From the NCBI GenBank assembly GCA_045837725.1, contig JBEWZL010000278.1, forward strand, positions 310,001 through 374,000: 64,000 nucleotides of DNA, given 5' to 3'. The translations under genes and the position numbers were made by a program. This document shows positions 24,971 through 37,527 of the stretch, in pieces. Each line of letters begins with the position of its first letter. Position 1 is the stretch's first letter. This DNA comes from Vermamoeba vermiformis (Eukaryota). A model generated the notes under the pieces. It saw only the letters and a program-made list of their open reading frames with translations. It was not told the DNA's origin and did no database searches.

Positions 24971-27900
24971 TTAATTGATCTTTACTTTGCGCTTTGGTCG
25001 TTTGACAAAGAACAGCAGTGCTAACAACAACAACACATCGAGCAGTATGATGAGCGGTGTGAACCAGTCCTCAATCACGTGATCTTCATTCAGCGCACGT
25101 GTCTCTTCAGCCAAATGATGACACTTGTACTCGTGCAGTTCCTCTTGACTGCGCACTGCTGCTCGTTTTAGTCTGACAACAACGTTAGTATCGAGGATTG
25201 CATAACTCTAATAGTACGTACTGTTGCACAGCCGTGCGTAAAGGTCGCAGCAATGTAGTGGCTTGAGCGAAGTCTTGTTTGTTCACTGCTGCAGTGATTT
25301 GCGTGATCAAGTGACACGATTGGTTGTACGCAGCACTGATGTCAAACAGAGGCAACAACTTCTGGCCAGCAATGTTGGATTTGGCTGTATGTAATCAGCA
25401 CCATAATAACACAAAATAGGCACTTACTCGTGGTAATAGCATTGAGCATGTCCACGGCCAAGTTGAGGGACTGCACGACATTGCTGAGACCTGTCACGAC
25501 CCAGTTGCGATGCACAATGTCGCGCTGCAGTGCAGAGAAGTGATGGCCCGTCAATGAGGTGAGTGACACAGGACTGTCGCCCACAGACCAGGTCCAGTCT
25601 TGAGTAGCACGTGATCGCCCTGGTAGATAACCAATGTGCGGTGACAACAGCCCTCCCAACCTGAGTGCTGTAGCTGCGAGTGTTTGACTCATCGGAGCTC
25701 GTGCGAGGTAGTGGTGCAGAGCGTGCGGGGTGCACAATACGTGCGGTGTGGGAGGTGCGGGTGTCTGCACAGCGATTACCATGCTCTGTAGTGCTCGTGC
25801 GAGGTATCGCTTGTCAATAACGAGACTGCTGTTGGTAGATATCAACAGGATCGGGATGTGTCGCATGATCTTGTCGCGCGATTCATCTGCGAGCACAGGA
25901 TTAGATGCGATGTCAATGGGTGGTTGTGAGTACTGACCGTCATTGATCTGCACTTGCAACAACGGTTCAATCATGGCGTGCAGCTGTTGCGAGTCAATGT
26001 AATTCACGACATCGAGCATGTACTGGCCCGCGTGATCGAGACGTGGCACGTGTGCGGTACGTGTGGCACTGCGCACTGCAGTCCAAATGAAGTCTTTGTT
26101 CTCTGCCGACAAGCTGTACAGTATTAGCACGGACGCGCAGTAGTGTGACACTTACTCTTTGATCTTGAAGGTGAACTCTTGATTGGGCAGTTTGAATTTG
26201 AACAGTTCGTGTTTGAATTCTTTCACATTGAACAGCATTATATCGAGAGGGTCGTATGCCGTGTGATCTGCCACGAGATAGAAGTCAAAGACAATGCGTT
26301 CACTGAACGGCGTGTCAAACATCGGACTGGGCGGCACAAACACGTGTTGATAGGCGTGACTGACAAATGCACCTAATTTGGACAAGAAGTGGTCTGTGAC
26401 TGACTCGCCGTGATCTCCTTCGTGTGCCTCGCCAATCAGATCTTGCACTGACAGGTGCTTGTCGAGGGCTGCACGCCACACTGTGATTGACACGTGTCAA
26501 ACAGAGATCCTCACGAATGTGTCGCTACATACCTGTGCACAACAGATTGAATTCTTCTTCACGCGCTGCATCGGTGCAGTACTGCTCGTACTTCTTGGCA
26601 ATGTTCTGCAAATATTGTGGGTTCGATTGCCTAATTTGGTCAGCGCCATCACTCTCCTCGTCATCGCTGTCGACTGTGCCGAACTCTTCATCCACGTGAT
26701 GTTCAGCGTGATTCAGGCGCGGCACTGCAGGCTTGGTGTTGACAGTCTTCGAGCCCTCGCCGGTGATTGACGGGCCCCACGTGACTGGCCCTGCTGTCAA
26801 ATCAACAAATGCGAATCGACTTCCTGACAGCCACGTGTCAACCAAGCAGTTCGATGCCATGTCGTAGTTCTGTGCTAAATATAGATACGCCTTCTGATAT
26901 TCATTGCCATTTTTAGTAATCTAACAGGACTGTTAGCAGGCCATTGTTTGACACGTGTCATAGTGCGTACCTCACGCGCGAGTTGAATGATGTCACCTTC
27001 GCGCTCTCGGGAGTTAAATCCACAATTAGAATCATCCTCCGACGTGCATTCACGATAATAGCCTTTTATGGCATTGGCCAAATATGCCTTAGCCCAGGCC
27101 TCAGAATCACGTGACAGATCGTACCAGTACACCGTTGCTTTGCTTTCATCGTACTGTGTGCTCAGTCTGTCGTTTGGCTTACTAGCGGTATCTGGGGCGA
27201 AGTTAGACTTCCAAATTAGGAAATTGTGCAAGATTACTCACCTTCGTGGCCCTCTCTGGCACGATAATAAAATTCACTGAACGAACCCTCAGCAATATCG
27301 AAATTTCCTCGCAAGAGTTCGAGTTCGCGCGCTGAAAATCCAGCACGGTACCCGTAGCTCTCATCGGCATTGGTGAGTGGTGACTTGGGATTGAGCACGA
27401 ACAGCGTGTAAGTGGTGTCTAGCTTGAGCTCTTCCAACAGACTGCGCAACACACCTGTGAACCGCGTGGCATCGACGTAGTAATAGTCGCGGTGTGCATC
27501 GTGCCCTGTGTTCTGGTGCTTCTCCACACTGCAGGCACTGCGTTAGTAATAGCAACAATAGCACCATATTTGGTAAGCACAACGTACTCGGGGTCTTCAG
27601 GTCTGATGTGCCAATAGATTGCGTCTTCGAGAATAGAGTTGACTAGGGGACTGACGCGAATGACACGCGTGGTGACACTTTGCGGCAACATTAGCACTGT
27701 ACTAAATGCAGCTCTATACTCACCTATAAGTGATTGATCGCTGCGGTGTGTTCTGCGGGTCAGTGGTGAGTGTATCGTCGTTAAGTGGTACGATCCGATG
27801 ACGAATCACGTGCTCTAAATGGTCGAACCAGGGCTCGAAGTCTTGACGTGTCAAATGAATGCCTTGATTGCCGTCTGCATCAAATCCAACAAATATCAAA

Positions 27901-28260
27901 TTAATATTGATGGGCAGATTGACTGAACGGATCTTCTTTGTGCCAGTAAGCGTAGCCAAGTTGCCTTAAACAAAATATTAATCGTGGATTATTAAATTAT
28001 TTTGTAAATTAACTTACCAGCGAATATCCACTTATCGTCATCGCTCATATGAGAATCCAGCTCTAATAAAATATTTAAAATTATACATTTGTAATTTCTA
28101 TCAAAATTGTTAGCTGGAACATACGTAACTGTGGATAAAACGTAATTGGCTCGCGTGTATGTTGAAGGACTTCAGTATGGTCTTCTTGTACTTGACATTG
28201 CACGAAAGTTAAGCTCACCAAGCTGAAGATGAGCAGAAGTACAGATGACACGCGAAACAT
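24971..28260 (-). CDS. Large uncharacterised type I membrane protein resembling a conserved plant family ending in KPKIN, spliced
   Basis: Signal peptide MFRVSSVLLLIFSL, INLIFVGFDADGNQ, YGYRAGFS, WLSGSRFAFVDLTAGPVTWGP, DWTWSVG and a C-terminal TM followed by KRPKRKVKIN*. Confidence 0.75.
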
Positions 28261-28416
28261 GCTGTATATGTATTGAATAGATGTTATAGCATCAATACTT
28301 TGAATATATACATATGTGGTAGTTGATAATAAACAATTGTTGAGTTTTATTCACAAAATTTTACATCAGAATGGACTGTGCCAAATAAGGCAAGTGAGCC
28401 CTGGTAGAGAGCCAAT

Positions 28417-30313
28417 TTACTTGTCAGAGTGCGGTGACAAGAGGCCTCGCTTGCGGCCAGGACTGCTGTTGTTGTTGCCGCTGAGCTGGTTCAACACGGT
28501 GCTGTACTGCTGTCGTTTGCGCGCTACTTTAACGTGATTCTCGCCGTACTGTCGCGCCATTATCTTCAATTCTTTTTCAATGCAAATGATCGCTGATGAG
28601 CGGTCCTTGAGTCGCAAGTAAATTGTTGCGAGATTGCCATAGGTCTCAGCGAGCTCTCGTGCGCCCTCGCCGTAGTGTTTGTACATGATTGCGAGCTCTT
28701 GTTCCGCGATCTGTTTCGCCTCTTCAAAGTTACGACACGCGCACCACGCTGAGCTGAGGGTGTGCAGCACTGCAGCCTTGTCAACTGACTGAGCGTACTG
28801 GTCATCAGCATTCAATTGGTCCAAACACTTGGTGCAGTACTCGATCACCTTCTCGTACACGCGCAGTTCTAAATTAGGAAACAAAATGTCAAAAGTGTCA
28901 CTTTGAATGTCAAGACAAGCAGCTGACTCACCTAAAAAGTACAACGCCAATTGATGCAATGTGCGCACACCAGGCAATGCACTGGGCTTGGACGAGGCAG
29001 CAGCGAGCTTGGTCTGAATGTCATAGGCCTCGAGCAGTATCTGTTCCATGTTGTCGAGCTCTCGCTTGAACTTGTAAATCAATGCTTCGAGCTGCAAACA
29101 TTTGACCACTTGTTCGCTGATCTCACCGTGCTCGTTCTTGTACATTTGATTCACTTTCTGACACTGAATCAGCGCTTGTTCGTACGAGCCTTGACTCAAC
29201 AAGTGCTACATGCAGCTGTTAGTTCGTGTGCTAGTCATTGATCGAGTCAGGTACCTGTGCGATAGTGAACATGGTGGTTGACATCTCAGGTCTCTCTTGG
29301 CCCTGGTAGATTTCACTCAACAGCTGCAAAGATTTTTCAAGCAATTCTTGTGCCTTTTTGTAGAAGCCCTGTTTGGAAGAGTTAGAACCACTGATTGAAT
29401 AATAAACAGTGCTATTACGTACGAGTTTGTCTTGTATATCAGCCATCGTATTGTATGCTTGATATAGTGCTAATAAATTGTTTTTTCGGTCTTCTTCCCA
29501 AATACTATTCAAATTAGCGGTATTATTGCAATTGTTCGTAATATTTATGGACTAATGCTGCATACCTGGCAATCTTTTCAAATCGCGCTAAAGCCTCTTT
29601 AAATACTCTATTCTCGTAGTAATAATTGGCCAGTATTAAATGTGTTTCGACGAGCAGTTTGTTGTACTCGCTCATTGACACTTTTGACGGCTGTGTTGTG
29701 TCCTGTCATCAGTTAATATCACTCTATGCGTACAAATAAAGTATTATACCTCTATCAACAGTTGAATAATCAATACTGTGCGATCCACAGTTTCTACGGC
29801 GAGACGGATCGACTCTTCTCGTTTTAATCGCAACAAATAGCCCGCGTATTCTTTCAACAATCGCACAGTGATAATTGACTGTTCGCCATATTTGTTAATG
29901 CATTCTTGTATGCAGTCCTTCATCACCATCACGCACTTGTCGTATTCATTATTTTGCGCAAGTTCACTCGCTGAATTCAATTCAATTAAAAATTACATAA
30001 TTTTTTAGGCAATCAAATCGTTATATATAATTACTGGGTAGTATTTAGCAATTATTAAATAAATGTAGATTTTTTCTAATTAAATTAATTTGATTTTGTG
30101 GAGCAAATTGAATACAAAATCAGTTTTTATCCAACACATACCTTTTTCGTGTAATATCGCCACAATACCTTCTTCTTCAAGTGGATCTGACGTGTGATGA
30201 GGCCCAGATTCGTCACCAGGCCACAACTGCCCTAGCAGCTTCTTGATGCCAAGCACCAAGAGTGGTAGTGCGACGACAGCGGCACCGGCAGTAACATATA
30301 TTCTCTTGTCCAT
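28417..30313 (-). CDS. TPR-repeat protein (kinesin-light-chain-type TPRs) with an N-terminal membrane anchor, spliced
   Basis: Hydrophobic N-terminal segment. TPRs such as ELAETYGNLATIYLRL...KELKIMARQYGENH. Confidence 0.75.
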
Positions 30314-30422
30314 CGTTACTTAGGCATGTAATACTAATCGTTCGATTGCAGCCAGTTTTTTCGGCCTCCGAACTAGCGCATCCAAAAATAACTTGCCTGG
30401 AGGTTTTTATTTCGACACCAAC

Positions 30423-31498
30423 ATGGCGACTGTAGTGCACCGTAAACATAAGCAAGGCAGTGGTCACGATGAGTACCATGAAGTCGATCTGGGTGGAAGA
30501 GAGCACGAGACTCCCGAAAAAGGGCGAAAGGGATCGAAACGATTTGAAGGCAAAATGTTCTCGTTAATTGCAGGCGTAGTAGTGTTTGTTTATTATATTT
30601 ATTTTGGTGCTTTGCGTTACACGTTGCGCGGTAAGTCTGCTCCATTAAATATGTCACAAGAAAATTCAGAATCGTTATTTAACCGTTTTTATATGACCAT
30701 AGGATGGGAGGGTGTTTATGATATTTTTTGGATGTGTAATCTTGCATTATTGATTGGATCCCTCGGCATGATCTTGGATCGAGCGGTGTTGATTGGTACG
30801 AATCACATATAATCAATTATCGCTTATTAATATATTCCTTAGGTACTGCCTTGGCGTTAGCCTCATTCTCGCACATTTCATGGATTTTAGAACTCGTGCG
30901 CTGGTTGTTGTTCGATCAGCTGTTGTTTGGTCGCTTGAACTACTTAGGCATGTTATAATCAATGCATATAGTGATCATAATATTAACCCATACTCCTTAT
31001 TCAGTTGTTGCGCAGTACAATCACATCTGGTGGACGACGCTGCATCACTTGTGGTTCGTGCCGCTCTGTCTCGCAGTGCTGCACACTGACTTCAGACACC
31101 ACGGCGTGCCATTCAAGGCGTGGATCAACGCGACTATATTCAATCTCGTTGCTGCTCTTGTGCTGCGATTGTTCGGCACTCCGAATGAGCACGGCATTTA
31201 CAAGAATTACTGTATCCTTAATGCCGCAATTGTGACCCTTAATCACCCTATTGAGTCAATTAACGACCTTAACTCACAACCATAAGTGACAGGCCACGAG
31301 TTCTGGGATGACAGTTCAAGCTTCACGCACTACTTCGACACCTCGGGAGTATTGCCTTATTTGGCGTGGTCTGTGTTCACGCACTCAATCGTGCTCAATG
31401 GCGTGTGCTTCGCATTTTTGAAGGCAATCTCATTGTTAGTATTGGAGAAATTGTCGTTGCGCAAGCAGGATGATATTGACGAGCACAAGGCAATGTAG
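30423..31498 (+). CDS. Multi-pass membrane protein of unknown function, spliced
   Basis: Several hydrophobic helices and the motifs YDIFWMCNLAL and WWTTLHHLWFVP. Exons lie in ORFs 30393-30812, 30962-31285 and 31286-31498. Confidence 0.7.
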
Positions 31499-31584
31499 GT
31501 GTAGACCTCAATTTGACAGGTGTCAGGCACTCAGATGTAAATAGACTTCCACAACATGATGGTTCCGAAACTATTCACAGGGTT

Positions 31585-33445
31585 TTATTTGTGCTCGTGC
31601 GTGTGATCATGATCCGCGTGATTGTCATTATCGACCACGATATCGTCGTGTTGACCAGGAGCTTTGAAGTGTACCTGCAATACAAATGAGATCAATATGT
31701 CAAAAAGAATTACTTGAACTTACAGCAATATCTCTCAGCTTGGGAACTTTGTGCAAAATAGCGTGCTTCACAGCTTTAGCAATCTGAAACAGACGTTAAT
31801 AACAACGCGTTAGAGCAGAAAGATGAACGTACCTCTGTAGCTCTGCCAACAGTGATGTTCGGATCTACGATAATGTAGACGTCAGCAGTGCTGTAAGGGC
31901 CCATCTTGCGCACTCTGTAACGATGTTAGTACGTATCAACTACACACCATATCTCCGTACCTGATCGTGTGATAACCAATCACGTGATTGGTCAAATGAG
32001 CGTCAGGCAGATTGTGCTCATCGCAGTTAGAGTGATCGTGATCATCGTGTGCGAGACTGTGGTCATCAACAGCGCTGCTAGCATTGGACTGTTGTTTGAA
32101 CTGTTCTAACAGCTGGACCAATTGATCGTGCACAGCGTGGTCCATATTGCGATCAGTCAGCTCGCGAATGACGTCAGTGAAGATATAAAAACCAGCTTTG
32201 ATAATCATGCCAGACACCACGACTGAAGCAATAGGATCGAATTGAGGGTACCCGGCCATGGAGCCGACAATGCCCACGAATGCAGCTGCTGAACTCATCG
32301 CGTCACTGCGGTGGTGCCACGCATTAGCTTCGAGCACTTGACTACGCTCTTTCTTCGCGATGAACAGTGTGGCGCGGAACAAGACCTCATTGACCAACAA
32401 AGAGGCTACAGCTGCGTACAGTGCAATCTGTGTGGGACCAGCTCCGTGACCGCCGTGTCCGTGGCTGTGACTGTGACCCAGTTCCCAGCCCATGTATTCA
32501 CCCACTATGCCTTCGAGGGCGTGCATTGTGAGACCCACACCCGTACCTTGACACGTGTCAGTAAGGCGTGTCAATTGGAGTGCTCGAATGACTCACCGAT
32601 CAGCAGCAGTGACACGACAAATGCACCGAGTGGTTCGTACTTGCCATAGCCTGCACATTGAATTAACACCAGACTTGATGTGAATAGTCCTTACCATAAG
32701 GATAGTTCTTGTCCTTGGGTTTGCGCGCCAATTTGTGTGACCAGAGAGTGCTGCGCTGTGTTAGCACCTGATTGACTAAAGCGGTTCTTTTGACTTACAT
32801 TGCATCGCTCAACAAGTCTCCCAAACTGTGTGCTGTAGCAATCGTTAGTACAACTGTATAGCACCTAATGTTAGTTCGTCATACCAGCATCAGCAATCAT
32901 AGCTTGAGAATTGCCAAACTGCGAGTGACACGTTAGATATCGACGAACATGCGCAAACAATAAGATCTAAGCATAATCTAGTCATGAACATACCCAGCCT
33001 GCTGCTCCTTTTCTAAAATCAAATTAACTGTTAGACGGAGCCCGGCGAAATCATGAAAATTAGACACGTACCCAATACATAACAGAATATTTGAAAAAAA
33101 TCCAATGATCGTGATCCGTTGTCCAGCCTTGCCTTCGATCACTTCGCTGTGATCGTGTGCATGTCCGCCATGGCGTGTCGTCCGTGAAGTAGAAAAATAT
33201 TTTTTAAAATTATTGAATATTGTTTCTTGTTTGAAAATTGAACTGTTGCGTGCTCTAATGAATATATTACGTGTTGTTGGAATATTTTCTTTTGTTTTGG
33301 ATGTTTGCAGTTTGATAGAACGGGATCCAAAAGGCGTTCCAGGCTTTCGTTGCCAGAGATTAGTGCCGCTATTTACAAATAAACCAGCATTGTTGCCGAT
33401 GATTTTAGAATGTGTTCGACACCACGTTGTTGCTAGTCGCTGCAT
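31585..33445 (-). CDS. Cation diffusion facilitator metal transporter (MMT/MTP-like, probably mitochondrial), spliced
   Basis: Presequence, then SQAMIADAAHSLGDL, PKDKNYPYGYGKYE, ANAWHHRSDAMSS, His-rich loops and a C-terminal domain RVRKMGPY...VDP. Confidence 0.92.
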
Positions 33446-33511
33446 CGTAAAATTAAAAATGACCAGACTGAAGTTTGTTACTATCCTTTATTGTCACACA
33501 TCACCGCCACC

Positions 33512-34049
33512 ATGCAGTCACTCTTCAAACATACAACCACTCTATTCAGAAATTGCTCACAACAAACAACCCGGCTCACCGCCACTGTTGAAGTGCGTGT
33601 CAGATCAACAGCTTAGATCAATTACAAAAATCAACAAATAATTATTATAACAATCAAACACGATTCACTACAATATATTTGTTAATTCCCGGCAATTAAC
33701 CACCGTTGAAAGCAGAGTATTAATTCTAATTTATTTTTTAGATGAACAAAACTCAAGTAATGACTAAATACAAGCTGAAGTCCAAGGTACGTAACTAAAA
33801 TTAATTATTTAATAATTTAATAACAAGCAAAACTCTTGCTAACGCGGATCTGTACAGGGAGCAGTGAAGAAGAGATGGCGTTTACAAGCCTCAGGCAACA
33901 TTAAGACCTGGCCCTCAAATAAGAATGGCAACTCTTCAGTCTATCGCGTCACTGGCATTCCCAACAATCACCAGCTGCTTAAGCCGCTCATGCAAACACG
34001 CGCTGGATCCACTCCTGCTGAACGAGTGCTCAAGCACGAAGAACTATAA
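33512..34049 (+). CDS. Mitochondrial ribosomal protein bL35-like, spliced (3 exons)
   Basis: MQSLFKHTTTLFR presequence. Spliced KYKLKSK|GAVKKRWRLQASGNIK resembles the L35 KxKT.xAVKKRF+xTxSG motif. Confidence 0.65.
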
Positions 34050-34830
34050 TTGAACAGTCCCTATTGTATATATAACTCATATTAGGCCTGAACAACACCA
34101 GCGATATTCTAACTCACAATAAACTAACTTTTGCTTGCAACAGATCCATGAGTTCTACAACACCTTGTACTGACCTCTACAGCGCTCTGATTGAGTTGAA
34201 TGGAGCCATAAATGCATATAGCCGAGTATTTGATCGATGTGCATGCATTTCATCCATGCTTCTATGCTGTTGCTTCGAAGCAAGTCAAATGCAGTCAGAC
34301 GTGGGAATACTGTGGCTACCGTGTGCAGGTGAGAAGTGAAGCCACCAACGAGCTAAGACAACAAACAGTAGTCTCTTGTGCCCCCAGAGCGTATTATCTG
34401 CAGAAATTTCAGCCGATACATCATGCGTCTGCGGTGCCATGGAAGCTGCTAGAAACTGCTAGAAAGTGGGACCCTCTTTTCTACCCAAACTTATTACCAC
34501 GTCATCGTAAGCATCGAATTGAACTGTTTCGTGGTCACTTAGTGGTTGCAATACGAATGGTATGTCGCTGAGCTCCTGTTGGGAAATTTGACTCGCAAAT
34601 TCGGCGGTTAATGAATTAAATGAACGACGAGCAAATGGTCTGGCGAAACATTAGTAGGAACACATTTGAGGAGGGATGTGTCGACATGCCGACAGCCGTC
34701 AAATGAAAAATCAAAACAAAAGAAGGCGCGCTGATTGGTCAGCTGTCATCGATTGACATGCGGCCAACAAAACCATTTCTGGCGTTCAGTTTCATTTACA
34801 ACTTTTTTTTGATCCTTCAACGACCCCACA

Positions 34831-35982
34831 ATGTCCAAGACCTTGTTGCTTGTCGCTGTTTTGGCTTTGGCATCCGTTGCCATCGCCCAAGTCTCTCAAC
34901 AGACTTTCACTTGCATGTTTGGCGCCCGTGTTGGCCAAAGAAGCGCTGCTTGGATTCCTCACGTCAACAACGGTAAGTAGTGTGGAAATTTAATGCCAAT
35001 AATTGGAACTTTTCACGACGATATCGTTGGATTGGACCAAAAGGTTCACATTATTGTGTTGCAACCTCATGCGGAATCATCGAATAACATTTCCTATTTG
35101 CCTAGCTATGAACCGTTTCGGTATCAACACCCCTGCTCGTATTAGGTAAGATTCTGAATTAAATTCTTTGGCAATTGATTTTAATCTGACTTTTTTCTGT
35201 TCAGAATGTTTATGGCTCAAACCGGTCGTAAGTTTATTTGCTATACACACCTCAATGCATTAAATGCAACCATCGTTGCTTGATTTCGTTCGTCCCACAT
35301 CTGTCTATCCGATTTTTTTCGGCACCGAATACCGAACTCATTTTAATTTCTCGCAGACGAGACTGATGGTTACAACACCTTTGTTGAGGTAAGTCTATTA
35401 GTTTATGGTCCAATATAGGACTTTGGATTCACGAAAGGGACCCGCTAACGAAATTTGCTTTAGTACACCAACAGAGACGGTACCAACGCCTGGTGCCCTC
35501 GTTATGAAGGTGGCTGCCGCTTCAGAGGACGTGGTGCTATGCAATTGACTCACCGCAGCAACTACGCCAACGCTGGTCGTGCTTTGGGTCAAGACTTTGT
35601 CAACAACCCCGATCTCGTTGCTCAAATGCCTTGGGCTTTCTTGACTGCTGGTTGGTTCTGGCAGACTCGCAACCTCAACAGCTTCGCTGACCGTGGCGAC
35701 CTTGTTGGAGCTACTCGTGTCATCAACGGTGGTACTAACGGTCTTGCTGATCGTCAAAACAGATTCGCTGTTGCTCAACGCTGCATTGGTGGTGCTGGTG
35801 GTAACCCCAACCCTCCTCCTCCTCCCGCTGGTGGTAACTGCCAAGTCACTGTTCGCTCTGGTGATACCCTCGGTGCTATCGCTGCCAGACACGGCACTAC
35901 TGTCGCTAACATTCAGCGCCTCAACCCTTCCATCACCAACCCCAACTTGATCCGTGTTGGTCAAGTCATCCGTGTCTGCTAA
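34831..35982 (+). CDS. Secreted glycoside hydrolase family 19 (endolysin/lysozyme-like) with a C-terminal LysM domain; exons 34831-34972, 35106-35145, 35205-35227, 35357-35388, 35464-35982
   Basis: Signal peptide, [63 protein letters not shown], a Pro linker and Lys[41 protein letters not shown]. All four introns are GT-AG and frame-consistent. Confidence 0.95.
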
Positions 35983-36107
35983 GGACCTCTTGACTTATTT
36001 TGTATTTTGGTGACATTATAAAAGCTCTTTGAGAAAATTCTCGGCTCATAATTATAAGGAGGGTAAAAATAGGATCCGTGTTTTTTTATTTTGTCAGTAA
36101 TAAAACT

Positions 36108-37527
36108 ATGGAGAGCACAGAGGATCCAAAGCATGAAGGACAAGCGAAGGCCACGCATGACGCGTGTCCTGAAGATCGAGAGGAGATCGGACGAGCAAAG
36201 AAATGCGAGGGTTGTCCTGGTCAAGCTCTATGTCAATCTATGAGCCGCACTGACCCAGGTAAATTAATATCAATATATATTGAACGAATATAATCAAACA
36301 CAACGCTGACACGTGGATCTTCAGATCAGGAGGCGTTAGACATTCGGATGCGGGCAATAAAACACAAAATTATAGTAATGTCCGGAAAAGGAGGTACGTG
36401 GTGCGGATTTTGGTATTATGCCCTGCTAATTAAATTATTAATTTTTAAAATTATTGTAAAAAGGCGTTGGAAAATCAACAGTTGCAGCACAAATAGCTAT
36501 TGGCTTAGCGGAAAGAGGAAAAAAGGTTGGTATTCAATGAAGATAGTTCGTTTATAATATCGGTGAGTCTCTAACGCTAGTCATTGAAAGGTCGCAGTAT
36601 TGGATGTCGATATTTGCGGACCCAGCATTCCAAAGCTATTACGTGTTGAGAACTCCGAGATTGTCAGTACACAGTGGGGCTGGACTCCTATCAAGTACGT
36701 GCCTATTTAATCGAGACTACTTCGTTCTAATAGTACACATTCGTCTACAGATCTCCTGTTCACCCTAATCTAATTGTCATGTCTATTGCATTCATGCTCA
36801 ACAGTCCTAGTACGTGCATGATATATAAATGTGATAGTATTAATATCACCACAGACATGCCTGTTGTGTGGCGAGGACCGCGCAAGACAGCAATGATCAA
36901 ACGGTTTTTGAAAGAAACATTCTGGGGCCGACTCGACTATTTAAGTACGTCGCTCAATTACTAGGCTTGTCGTGTGTTATTATCGGCAACATCTAATTGT
37001 TATGGCAGTTATTGACACACCACCGGGCACATCTGATGAACACTTGTCAACTCTCATGGCACTCAGCAACGCCAAACCAGACGGAGTACGTGATATTCCA
37101 TATTAACATACGCACGCTAACACCCTTCAGGCCGTGCTCGTGACTACGCCGCAAGAAGTAGCGCTGGACACGGTGAGCAAAGAGATCAATTTCTGTGCCA
37201 AGATGAACTTGCCTGTGCTCGGTCTCGTGGAGAACATGAGCGGCTTCGTGTGCCCTTGTTGTAATGTACGGCCAATGACACGTGTCAAATACAGACTCAC
37301 ACGACTAACTCTACATTGCACAGGAAGTGACAGATATATTCAAGAACGGTGGAGGTGTCAAAATGTCGCAGCAGTTTAACGTCAAATTGCTCGCTCAAGT
37401 GCCGCTTGACCCACGCATTGCGCAGTCAGGTGAGCAGGGCGAGTCAGTGTTCAGCACGCTGAATGACTCACCAAGTGTGCTCGCGTTGAATGGCCTCGTA
37501 GAACAAGTTCTTGCAGTCACACCTTAA
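36108..37527 (+). CDS. NBP35: Cytosolic Fe-S assembly P-loop NTPase Nbp35/NUBP1-like, spliced
   Basis: N-terminal C-x12-CEGCP-x4-C cluster, [45 protein letters not shown] and [11 protein letters not shown]. Confidence 0.9.

Noticed and set aside
34148-34571. Two overlapping short plus-strand ORFs
   Set aside because: No motif or splice support. A decayed gene is possible but cannot be supported.
34831-35982. Bacterial or phage contamination explaining the GH19-LysM gene
   Set aside because: The gene has four spliceosomal introns and is flanked by eukaryotic genes.
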